A stretch of DNA of 64,000 nt. Origin: Lytechinus pictus (taxonomy: Eukaryota). The stretch spans positions 44,394,001 to 44,458,000 of the forward strand of contig NC_087251.1 in assembly GCF_037042905.1 (NCBI RefSeq). Direction: 5' to 3'. Within the stretch, counting starts at the first letter, position 1. Each line of letters starts with the position of its first letter. Below, one piece after another: positions 23,701 through 34,628 of this stretch. The position numbers and the translations under genes were made by a program. The notes under the pieces are model-generated. The model searched no databases. It saw only the letters and a program-made list of their open reading frames with translations, and was not told the origin of the DNA.

Positions 23701-26700
23701 AATGTGACAAATTGGTTGACTTGTACCGCAAGGAATCTTTTTATTGCACGGCATTTAGTTTTATGATTTTATTGAAGAAGCTCAATCAGCTGATTATCCC
23801 TCTTTACTGCAGTATTTTTTTTTTTGGGGGGGGCTTTTGATGAAACTGTGATTAGGAATAAGATTTGTTTGTATTTTAAGGGGGGAGGACAATCACCCTC
23901 GTTATGAAAGTACACAGTAAAAAAAGAATAGCACATTGTTTAAGCCTGTCACTCTCACAACAAGTTGGTTAAACTTTTTTTTGTAATCGTTTAAAATTTT
24001 TAAACAGCTTGTCTAAGAAGTTTAAATGGTTGTTTAAAAAGTTTAAACAATATTTATTAGAGTGATGGGCTTAAACAACGTGCTTAGAATTTTAAACAGC
24101 GTTTTTACAGTGTAAAATAGCGCAGAACACCGATGAAGAAAGAGAAACGAAAAAGGGGTTGTTTGTACCCCTCTATAGTCCTTATGTTGTGTTCAAAACA
24201 TATAGGAGCAAAATTAAATGAATACTAGAAAAGGTTATAGATATTCAGTTGCTCTGTAATAGTTTTCAAAGTGAAATTGAACTCTACCTTTGACAAGAGG
24301 ACCCAAACCATAAAATACCACAGAAATGGTGTTGATGACCAGATTCTATGCATGTAGAGATGTCATCAACTGGTATTATTTGCTCTTTTAAAATTCTTTT
24401 CCAAGTTTCCTGTGACGTCCAACAATTGTTTGTTCTTTTGTTGAAATGGGCGATGTATTTTCATTTCAAGCCTTGATTTAAATAGTAGCATCAAATACAA
24501 TATTTTATGAGGCCGCCATCATTATCAAGCCTAATCGCTCACGATGGTGGTCTTCTGCATTATTTTAAATTGTCTTATTGTTAATTGAGTAATACATAAT
24601 TTGATTAATCATTATTGATCCAGTGCTTATACTTCAACAATATCATTTTGTTATATACTTCATTGGTACATATTACTTTGTATTATATCTGATGCATTGA
24701 ATGCAGAAATAAAAGCAATCAATCAATCAAATATGATGTTTTAAATGTGGAGAAATATATGTAAGAGATTGTATAGGGTGGAAATGTCAAACAGATTCAT
24801 CTATCTACTAGAGAATTAGTGGATTGAAATCTTGCCTGAAGTGGAATTGGACTGTTCTTTCGGGCTAATGAAATTCCAGAGTTGACAGATTTTTTTACTG
24901 GAAAATAAAATGAATATTGATGAAATGGAAATCCAAGAATGAGAGGGATGGATTTATGTCAAATGAGCGAACAAGAGAATACAATACAATACACAATACA
25001 ATAAAATACATTACAACATCTTTTAAAACAAAAATGGGACAAAAATGACCAGAACTCGATCTTTGGGAGGGGATGGTAGTTGCTGCGTCTATAACCCAGG
25101 TGGAATCAACGATGATTGAAATGAGCGTCAGAACAGATGAAATATTGACTAGAAAGCAAGATATTTATTGCAGAACCTGGGTTTGGAAATGTCAGGTATA
25201 TTTTAAACTGGTTTAATCTGGGAGATTTTGAGATCAAAGGGATACCTCAAAAGCTATTTGCAATATTTAGTTGGTCGAAATGAGATATAGAGTGGATGAT
25301 TTGTCAAAATTCAGAGGAACAATACATTCAGTATGACGTGAATGAATGCTAATTCCTTCATAAATCAATGGATGAAATTTCATTTTTTTTTAAATCGATG
25401 AGGGAAAAGAGTATATGTAGCTCCCTAATGTATCATATAGAATACAACTGCTACCATAATGAGGACTCTATGTAAATTTAGTTACTCCCTCTACTATCCT
25501 TATTTTCATCGTTGGAATGATTAAGTAAAATATACTAGGAATATTGAGTGTATACTGTAAAAACTGTGGTGTTAAAACTTACACCAGTGGGTGTTAATAG
25601 AGGACCACACCCTCTGGTGTTAAAATTACACCCTAGAGATTGAATATAACACCAAAGAGTGTACATGTAACAACCAAAGGTGTTGCAATAGCACCTATAG
25701 GTGCTAAACTAACACTGTCAATTTAACACCGGTGTAAAATAACTGGTGTGGTCCTCTATGTACACCGGTTAACACCGCAGTTTTTGCTGTGTATGAAAAG
25801 ATGAAATGTTGGCTCACTATCCTGTCTTCTGAAAGGAGGACAACTTAAAAATTCTCCAACTCCCTTCTTATACATTTTATATTGCACAGTGGTGCTTGAA
25901 AAGTTTTTCTATAAAAAATGAAAAATTGATGTTGAAATTTACCTCAACCTCTAGTGCACATTTGGAAATAACCAAAAAAAAAAAAAATAGGCAGAATTCA
26001 CACCCATCAGTGATTGAAAGAAATTGTTCTCTAGAATTTCTTTTGCATTTTTTGTTTTAAAAAAAATCTCAATTTCCAAGGAACGACTTTTGTAGTTCTT
26101 GGTGGCCAGACAGAGGCGATACAATAATGGATAGCAGATTATAAAATCAAGAAGGAAGGGCTGATCGGTGCCTGAGGAGGCTTGAAATGTCAAATCACTT
26201 CAGAAGTAGGACAGAAGATGGCATTACATTTTCTTAATGTCACTTTTTAGAGTCACTCTGTTTGGCAGGTCTACTGGAAGTTTTTACTCTGTAAAAGTTC
26301 ACAGAGTCTGTTCATTTCATCATCAATCTCATTTGAAGGATTCCTCCACCATTTTAATAATCATTTCATATCTGTGATCTTATTTATCTATTTATTTATT
26401 TATTTAATTAGTTATTTATTTATTTATTAATTTATTTATTCATTTATTCATCTATCCATCCATCAGACCATCCACTCACTCACTCACTCATTATTCATTC
26501 ATTCGTTCTTTCGTTCATTCATTCATCCATTCACTCACTCATTTTATTGATTGATTTATTTTAATCTTATTCGATATAATTTTTCTTTTCTTTAGATATC
26601 ATCCTTTGTTTGATTATTTAAAAAAAAATTCATAAGAGTACTTGTTTAGTAATCACAACTTTATTTCTTGGGAAATATGATGATTAGATCTGTTAAATCT

Positions 26701-29700
26701 TCAGGGAAAATCTGATACAAGAGTACAACCTTGTAGACAAAGAAAGGAGAGAAAAAAAAATATATGGGAGAAAAATCTATGTGAGGAAGGTCTAATTGTG
26801 TATGATTCTCAGTTAAAATTCAGATTTCAGAGCAATCTGAGTATTCTTAGTTCTGTGTTCTCATCAAATGATTTGAATCATTTGAATAGTTTGATTATCG
26901 ACTCAGTTTAATAGTTCAATATCATTCAGATTTGTAGCGTAACTCCTTTGTAGCGTAACTCCTTTCACAAAACATTGGTTTCGGACATGTACCTCTATCT
27001 CTCCTTAGGGCAGTATAGCATTAAGGTAATTAAAAAGTGCTTCTTTCATGAATGTCAGAAAGAGGGTATCTATCTGGGTTAAGCCATGATTACCTCTTGG
27101 GATATGTAGTGTGTTCATACATGCAAATTCTCTACTTGGCATGATACTTTGACTTTCCATCCCTTTCCTATTTTCCCACTTGATACTCGTCTCCCTTCAG
27201 TTTTATGTCTTTTTTCCTTTCTTTTTTATTGTGATGTTACTGTTTTTTATCTTTACCTTCTTTTGTCTCTCTCTCTTTGTTTTCAAAACCCATAATGTTC
27301 TTCGCTAAAATTAATCATACTTACCTTACCCTATATGCGAATGTTGTGCATTCACACTAGATATACAAATGAAAAGATTAAAGAGTGACAATATGAAAAA
27401 TATAAGCAAGTTCCAGTGTATATAAGATTAAACAAACAAATGAAATGTAGGAATAGGGATACACTTGCAAACAAGCATGTTTAATCACACAAGTAAGGCA
27501 GGTGTATAAGATTAAAGAACAACAAAAAACTGAAATGTAGGAGGGGTATATTGACTTTAAACAATCATGTTCACACACCTGTATAACTTAGATTTAAGAG
27601 TTGTAAAAATTTTGATATATATATCAAAATTGTATACCCCTCCTATAGGAGGGGTATACATACACTCTCAAACAATTACGCTCACACAAGATGCAGATGT
27701 AAGTGATATAAGATTAAAGAATGACAAGAACTCAACTGCAATATAGGATGGGTACATATACATGCAAAAGGAATTTCATAATGGTCATCATTAGACAACC
27801 ACAGCATGCTGGAAGAGACAGGGATAGGTTTATTCCTCTTATATATTTTTGATATTGCAAATTTGCCAGAGCAAATACACTATACATGAAGGTGTGACAG
27901 GTGCATCAGCTCACACTTTTGATTTGTGCAACTGCCAACTGGTCACTAATAGTCCAGGGTATGAATTTTTCTTTTATTAATTATGGAGCTGTGTTTTGTC
28001 ATGGAGTGATTGCAGAATTTAGGGGGCTACTTTTTGCCTGCAAAAAGCAAAAATGTTACAAAGGCCGATGTAGACCATTGATTTTCTCAATATTTGTTAA
28101 ATATTTTTTTTGTGGCAGGTCTTTGGGCGAATCTAGAAAAGATGGTTGCAATAAAGCATTGTTTGGGAATTTTAAGGATGTTTGAGGTGTGATTAGGGCA
28201 AAATCACTGTCATGTATTTCCTATGCTGAATATAAGACAGCTTTTATTATGATTTCTTGTGTCTCAAAATATTGATTTAGACAAGACACCATATAGAAAA
28301 AGCGCTATATTATTTTTTGTCTGTGTGAATGGGGCAAGGAATGATTAAAGTAGACGTAACATGACATCGATCACCTACCCTCTCTGTCTCCCTTCATGTA
28401 TGTGAAGAGCTGCGAAATGCCCTCCAAACGAATTAAATATTTATGAAAGGTCCCAGCAGCCATTAAAAGCTCTCGTCTCTTGAGAGCTTTTCAGCCCTGG
28501 CTTTTGAAGTTGGGACGGAGTCGGTCACTCAGGTTCGAGAGAATAAATGATGACTTTAATGGCTCCCTTTGGAAGCCTTCAGTTTTTAAACTTTTTTGCC
28601 TTGTTTGTCATTTAAAATGTACATGTATTTCATCCCTTGGATTTGTAATCTCTATAGAGTATTTTGTCGGTAATGCAAAAGCATTTTTAATTTTGTTGTA
28701 GGAAAATAATATTTTTTATTTATACATTTACATGTATTTCATCTCTTAGCTTTTTAATCTCCCTAGAGTATTTGTCTGTTATGCAAAAAGTCTTTTAATG
28801 TTATTGTTTGTGAGATCATGATATGCTTGATTTACAGGGATTTTATACTTAATTTCATTACACTCTCTTTCTCTACATACATCTTGAAAAGAAAACCAAT
28901 AATGATGATTAAAGAGCTTTAGAGATCATTTACCTTTGGCTAGATTTTGATTTTGATTTGTTATTTTTGTTATCTGTATGATCATCTCCATTTATCTTGG
29001 GGTTGGCAATTTCCCAGAAAAAAAATTCTGGTATTTCCTGCCCAAGTTGGAAATAATGGGGAAAAGCTTACAAATGCTGGGAAATACTTATGGTCGTAAG
29101 ATGCTAGAATATGCCAAAGAAACTTCTGAGCAATACCTGATAATATACAAAGTATATTTTGTAGTATTTCTCTGCATTTCCAACTATTTCCTAATTTCCT
29201 AAAAAATTATTGAGGCACTATTTACCACCAGTATTTTCCACTCCGGGCAACCCCGACTTCTTTTTGACTGGAGACAAGTCTTGTCATTTGAGCTGTTTGT
29301 TGTGTTTGTGGTCATTTATCTGGATTTGGATTCTTACAAGGAGACATCCAAGCCAAGCTTCTGCCTTTTGAGATTTGCAACTTGATTCTTTGACATTTGA
29401 AGTTCTTGGGAGATTTCTCATTTTGTTGAAATAATGGATGATCCCTCTGATGTATAGTTATCATCACACCCTTTGCACCTCGCCATACTTCTATTGCGAG
29501 AACTTAGTCTTTAATCACTCTGTTTATTTCTACCTGAATCCATGTAATTTAGACCCCACTAATGATTTTGGTCATGAATGATCTTTGCTTAAATTCTTTC
29601 CTTGATTCTTTATTTCATTTTCCCAAAATACTAGGAAGAAAAAGTTAAGTTCATGATAGTTTTCTTTTGCTTGTCTGTGTTCAGCATCATATGATTACTG

Positions 29701-32700
29701 TAGCAGATTTTTTTTGTTACTTAAAGGGAAAGGAGAGGGGGAATGGGACGATCCATTTTCCGTACAACATTCAAAATTTGAGTGGGGGGGGGGGATAGCG
29801 ACCCAGCATTAAATATATTTCACATTTGAGCCATTTCATTTTCAACTCTCATGGTAATTACAATTTATTCCAACTTTTCTTACTTTAATAAAAAAAAAAC
29901 AATTAGGCACTGTCATGTGACCATCTCTCAGGCATTTTGAATATTCTATGACTCCAAGAGACCTTGTCTGAACTCAGAATGCCTCATTCTCATCTCTCCG
30001 ATATAAATGATAAATGCAATGCATAATGTATGATCATCCATATCCCAGGATGTGCTGGCTCATATGCTACAGTGATGGATACTCCAAGCCGAACCTGCTT
30101 AAATATTTAGATTTAATTTTCCCATCCATATTGACCAATGATATGTACTTTCAATTTGTTAGGGTATCCTTTGATGATATCCATGACTTTTCCTTAATGC
30201 GTGCCTGATATTGTTTTGCCATCATTCTTGCTTTACTTAATAATCAATTTTCCATGTTCATGTAGCTTCCCTGCATTTTTACAATGATTCAGACTTTTAA
30301 ATATTATTTCCCCATCTAAATGCCCAATGATGTGACTTGTGATGGCATCCTTTGACGGTATATTACTTTCTTTTATGTTTTTTTGACTGGATCATCATTC
30401 CTGCATTACTCGATATTCAATTTTCTGTATACATTTCATCTTCCAGCAGTATTTTGTGTGAACGCAAGCATTATTAACATTTACAATTATTTTATTCAAA
30501 TATTTTGATCCCATATTCATATGATCAATGATATGTAATTTGCAATGGTATACTTTAACAGTACAATCTATTACTTCTGATCCCTTCTTTCTCGATATCG
30601 TTCACTCATCATTCAAAGTATTTTTTGCTCATCATTCTCAATAGTTTAAGTCATTCTGAAGGTTGTTGGACCATCACTTGTTACTTGTTATTCAACTTTC
30701 TTCCAGCAGTATTTTGTGACACACAAGTATTGATATTTACAAAAAAGATAAACTACGCATATATGGAAGTGTCGTGGTGAAGCTGTTTTGACTCCCGCCT
30801 TGCAATCAGAGGGTCGTGTCGTGTGTTCGAATCCCACCACGGCCTAGCGTCCTTTGGCAAGGTGTCAATCCACACTTTGCCACTCTCCACCCAGGTGTTA
30901 AATGGGTACCGGTAGGATGCGAAAGCCTATGTCGTATGCCTAGCGATTGAGTCTTGGAACTCTTGTTGGAATGCCCCCAGGGAGTGGAGAAAGTGCATAC
31001 ATTGTGTGCGGGCATGCCAGGATCCAATGACCGGGGTAATAATTGCAAATGTAAAGCGCTTAGAAGTAAAGTGTAATAAGTGCTATATGTTATTCATTAT
31101 TATTGTTATTATTATATATGGTAATAAGGGAGGCCTTCCCTTTAAAGTACTTCATGTTTTATCTTTGGTGTTCAAATATTTTACTCTTTTGACCCTCGTT
31201 TTCTATTTATTTACCTGTTTTTTTTATTACAGTGGTTGGTGAGCCTTCTGAAGAAGATGATGTTCATGTTATTCTTGAGTACAAGACAGGGGAGCAGTTT
31301 GGCAAATATATATCACCAAGGGCAAACAGGTACTGTTATGAAATAATTCGACAACCATAGTTACGTAGTGCTTTACAAAAGGTGACATTAGCATATTTAC
31401 TGCAATGTCATATGACAGAGAAATTAAGCTTTCTCCCCAAAATATTTATTGACATGCCAACATTCACCTTTTATTCTGGGTTAGGGGGTAGGGAGGGATG
31501 AAGTCATGTTTTTTAAATATACTCACAAAGAAAATGCCACTTGATATTTTTTTCTAGGTCTGATCAATTTCTGTATATCATAATGGATGTGGATATGTTT
31601 CTCTCATAATTCTATTCTGAGATGACACATTTACCTGTTATTCATTTATCATTTTTTAATGAATTTTTAGGGGGGGGTGAAGTTCTTTAAAAAAAATATA
31701 CTCACAAAGCAAGTGCAACTGGATATTTTTCCATGTCTCATCATTAATTGCATTATAATGATATTACTTTATGAAGGAAAATCATTGTCGCTTCTTTCCA
31801 GAATGCACCATTTTTTTTCTACAAAAGACATGCTGCATGCACAAAATGTTGATTCTGCTTTTTCACATTGTGCAGTATGTTTGGAAGATTAGTGACAGGA
31901 TATTTTGCTGTTTTTCTATTCGATAGGTTCATCATTCACAGCGATATACACAACCCATACCTGAGCGGTTTAGAAGAATTTCAAGAAGAGCTGAAATATT
32001 TCAATCCTCAGGTAGTAGTCCTTGGTGGCCTTCAGATGATGGACAACTTTCCTTTCTCTGAAGGTACTTTTATTTCTTTTATCTTGATAAATCGATAATT
32101 TACAGACTACTAGCATATGTGAAGGGGGGGGGGGGGGAGGTGGCAGAGTGCCCCAAAGAGAATTTTGACAAATGCTTGTTAGAAAAAATGCTCTGACAGT
32201 TGGTTCTGAAAATGGTGGTAACATTTTTTTTATTTTGTTTGTCAGATAATGTATCTTATCATTTTTCATTTGTCAGATAATTTCTGTACCTCCTGACAAG
32301 GTTTGTCACCGTTGCAGACTAATTTTTTTCTGTGGTTCAATCATTACAGCTAGAGAATTACGTCGTGACGGAATTAACATCATGCAAGATGGCACTTTTA
32401 TTACCTTTTTAGAATTTGTTAATTAATGTTATACCGTTAGTTTTGCCTGATGATGGGTATCATTGAAATTGATATTGCTAATTGTTAGCTTTATATTTTT
32501 ATATGGCTGAATATGTAATATTCAGTTCCTTTTCCCGTAATGAGAGAGTACAGGTCAAAAGATCAGTGCAGAGCATTGCATACTCACCCAAAGTTACTGT
32601 GGAATGACCAGCTCACTTTTGCAGATGACTTTGACTTAAGTGGTTAAAATAGTATCATATTCTACATTTGATAAAACTAAAGGTAGCGTGTGTACTCTCT

Positions 32701-34628
32701 GGGGAAAGCTTAATTAACAATGTTCAGGGCCCCAATGGTCATACTCTGTTTCATTCTCCCATATGAAATTTGCGCGCATTCTTCGGTTTTTGTCTCACCT
32801 GCATAGCAGAGTGAGACTATAGGCGCCGCTTTTCCGACGGCGACGGCGGCGGCGTCAACACCAAACCTTAACCTGAGGTTAAGTTTTTGAAATGACAGCA
32901 TAACTTAGAAAGTATATGGACCTAGTTCATGAAACTTGGCCATAAGGTTAATCAAGTATTACTGAACATCCTGCCTGAGTTTCATGTCACATGACCAAGG
33001 TCAAAGGTCATTTAGGGTCAATGAACTTAGACCATGTTGGGGGAATCAACATCAAAATCTTAACCTAAGGTTAAGTTTTTGAAATGTCATCATAACTTAG
33101 AAAATATATGGACCTAGTTCATGAAACTTATACATAAGGTTAATCAAGTATCACTGAACATCCTGCATGAGTTTCACGTCACATGACCAAGGTCAAAGGT
33201 CATTTAGGGTCAATGAACTTTGGCCGAATTGGGGGTATCTGTTGAATTACCATCATAACTTTGAAAGTTTATGGATCTGATTCATGAAACTTGGACATAA
33301 TAGTAATCAAGTATTACTGAACATCCTGTGCAAGTTTCAGGTCACATGATCAAGGTCAAAGGTCATGTAAGGTCAAAGAACTTTGGCCACGTCGGGGGTA
33401 TTTGTTGAATTGCCATCATATCTCTATAAGTGTATTGGTCTAGTTCATAAAACGTGGAAATAAGAGTAACCAAGTATCACTGAACATCTTGTGCGAGTTA
33501 TAGTAGTTTTCAAAATCAGCACTGCTGCTATATTGAATCGCGTGATGCAGGTGAGACGGCCAGAGGCATTCCACTTGTTGAAAGCTCCATGCTGCTGCTG
33601 TTACTTTTCCTACTTCCTCCACCGTCAGCACTTAGTGTGTAGACGCAGGCCCTTGAGATAAGACTAACACAAATACAACCTGTTGGCACAAATATTCACT
33701 TCTGAATGATACGCCCCATATAAGCTGAAACAACAACAACAACATGTTTCAGTTCGGTCTTTAATACACAAGGTCCAGTCAGTGCATTTAGGCTGCATAT
33801 TCAGACTGCTTTCCTTCAGGAAAACATTAACGCATCAAACTAACATCCCCCTCCTGAAATACATCCCCAAGGCTGCAAGGCATTCTATTCAGCATCAGTG
33901 TTTCTAACAGTCCCAAGCTCACAAATAATTTACTTTTTCATGATTTTTTTTTGTTTACAGGTGAGAGGGAGGCGAGACTTGAGATGCAACGAGCCATGAT
34001 CCTCGGTCTCCCTAGCTCCACCCCAGTTCACTTGGAGCTGGCCTCCTTTGCCGAGGAGGCACTTCTCCATCAACTCCTGGAGTATGTCATTCCTTATTCT
34101 GACTCCTTGGGCATGAACGAGCAGGAGCTGCCCAACCTCTACAGTCTCCTCAACTATGGCAACGTCAGTCTGGTCTCGGATGCCTATCCTAGGGTAGCCA
34201 CAATGCTGGACCAGATCCGATCCGTCTACAGCATCCTCCGGAATCAACCGCAACGGGAAGGACTGCGGAGGGTCACACGGCTCCACGTCCACACCCTAGC
34301 CTTCCAGGCCATCTTGACAACAGAAGGGTCAGCATGGAAGAACACTATGTCCGCAGCTGCGAAGGCATCGTTGACGGCTCACAGGCACGTGTGCGCCAGC
34401 TCCGAAGTCGACATGGCCAAGTCGCGCCTCATCATGGACGACTCCTTTTCCGTTTCTCAAGAGGACGGCAGTCGCAAGATCCCGTTGGAGGTTGATAAAC
34501 CTGTTTCGTGTTGGAAGGAGGAAGATTACGAGATTTGCGTTGCTCCTGTGTTGGTATGTACGCAGGTGCACAGGACAGCCGGGGGTGGGGACAATATATC
34601 GTCAGCTGGACTTTCGGTTCAGATATGA
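11423..34628 (+). CDS. ADPGK: ADP-dependent glucokinase (ADPGK family), complete, 5 exons, 476 aa
   Basis: join(11423-11760,16844-17034,31233-31329,31927-32063,33961-34628) = 1431 nt, all GT-AG and in phase. N-terminal hydrophobic anchor; motifs GAAAER, GGNA, DDVHVILEY, SPRANRFI, VHLELAS, DSLGMNEQEL, HVHTL; ribokinase-superfamily anion hole TAGGGDNIS. Confidence 0.95.
13125..13321 (+). mobile_element. CR1-like LINE 3' end
   Basis: FKHRLDEFW motif followed by a short UTR and (ATGTG)n tail. Confidence 0.65.
14391..14862. mobile_element. MITE
   Basis: TIR aggtggtttcagaccgcctcga / tcgaggcggtttgaaaccgcct; GC-rich interior with repeated caggtattttgg.aatgtgaaagcaa. Confidence 0.8.
15456..16044. 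mobile_element. TTAA-flanked (Kolobok-like) MITE
   Basis: ttaa|aggagaatgaaac ... gtttcattctcct|ttaa; long internal inverted segments. Confidence 0.88.
16844..17034 (+). CDS. ADPGK: ADPGK exon 2
   Basis: ttcctccag acceptor; RYVHNRELF...VGGNAAVIANRLA...HVK; donor G|gtaatt. Confidence 0.93.
17045..17645. mobile_element. CACTA/EnSpm-like MITE with two nested, oppositely oriented TTAGGG-rich short elements (~17161-17313, ~17337-17572)
   Basis: The host matches 25553-25791 in reverse; the inserts have gacatttgct../..agcaaatgtc ends like the copy at 54645-54845. Confidence 0.65.
18755..19149. mobile_element. TTAA-flanked (Kolobok-like) element; truncated relative at ~56589-56920
   Basis: ttaa|agagaaattccagtagttgc ... 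ctagcatttacct|ttaa. Confidence 0.75.
19289..19576. mobile_element. Degenerate Tc1/pogo-type MITE
   Basis: TA|cagtcaa...ttgactg|TA with repeated gtggccacc. Confidence 0.6.
20960..21510. repeat. Degenerate ~117-bp tandem repeat (~5 copies)
   Basis: Recurring atcagtgatt.atgttt...ccaacttta...cttgaaatga motifs. Confidence 0.7.
21555..21912 (+). ncRNA. Candidate structured RNA element in ADPGK intron 2 (unassigned family)
   Basis: About 12 mutually compatible helices found by eye, with G-U pairs on the + strand; no recognisable family. Confidence 0.55.
22349..22474. mobile_element. Short CACT-ended MITE
   Basis: TA|cactctgaaaa ... ttttcagagtg|TA. Confidence 0.7.
23913..24112. mobile_element. CACTA/EnSpm-like MITE
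   Basis: TA|cacagtaaaaa ... tttttacagtg|TA, internal gtttaaac repeats. Confidence 0.7.
25553..25791. mobile_element. CACTA/EnSpm-like MITE
   Basis: tactgtaaaaactgtggtgttaa ... ttaacaccgcagtttttgctgtg, TA flanks, internal acacc/ggtgt repeats. Confidence 0.72.
30765..31116 (+). mobile_element. tRNA-derived SINE with L2-like tail
   Basis: A-box-like gtggtgaagctg, B-box gttcgaatccc, core ccacccaggtgttaaatgggtac, 3' aagcgct...(tta)n. Confidence 0.85.
31233..31329 (+). CDS. ADPGK: ADPGK exon 3
   Basis: ttattacag acceptor; VVGEPSEEDDVHVILEYKTGEQFGKYISPRANR; donor AG|gtactg. Confidence 0.93.
31927..32063 (+). CDS. ADPGK: ADPGK exon 4
   Basis: ttcgatag acceptor; FIIHSDIHNPYL...VVVLGGLQMMDNFPFSE; donor G|gtactt. 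Confidence 0.92.
32787..33577 (+). mobile_element. Helentron-associated non-autonomous element (DINE-1/HINE-type) with internal tandem repeats
   Basis: T-run start; asymmetric sub-terminal IR gtctcacctgcat (32792) / atgcaggtgagac (33545); GGC microsatellite; 4 internal ~165-190-bp repeats; ends cttg|tt. Confidence 0.8.
33961..34628 (+). CDS. ADPGK: ADPGK exon 5 (terminal coding exon)
   Basis: tttgtttacag acceptor; ORF 33951..34628 ending TAGGGDNISSAGLSVQI*. Confidence 0.95.

Noticed and set aside
24500..24730. G-U-containing hairpin GGCCGCCATC/GATGGTGGTC as part of the intronic RNA array
   Set aside because: It is followed by AATAAA and a (CAAT)n tail and looks like a LINE 3' stem-loop. This is a caution that some other helices could also be retroelement-derived.
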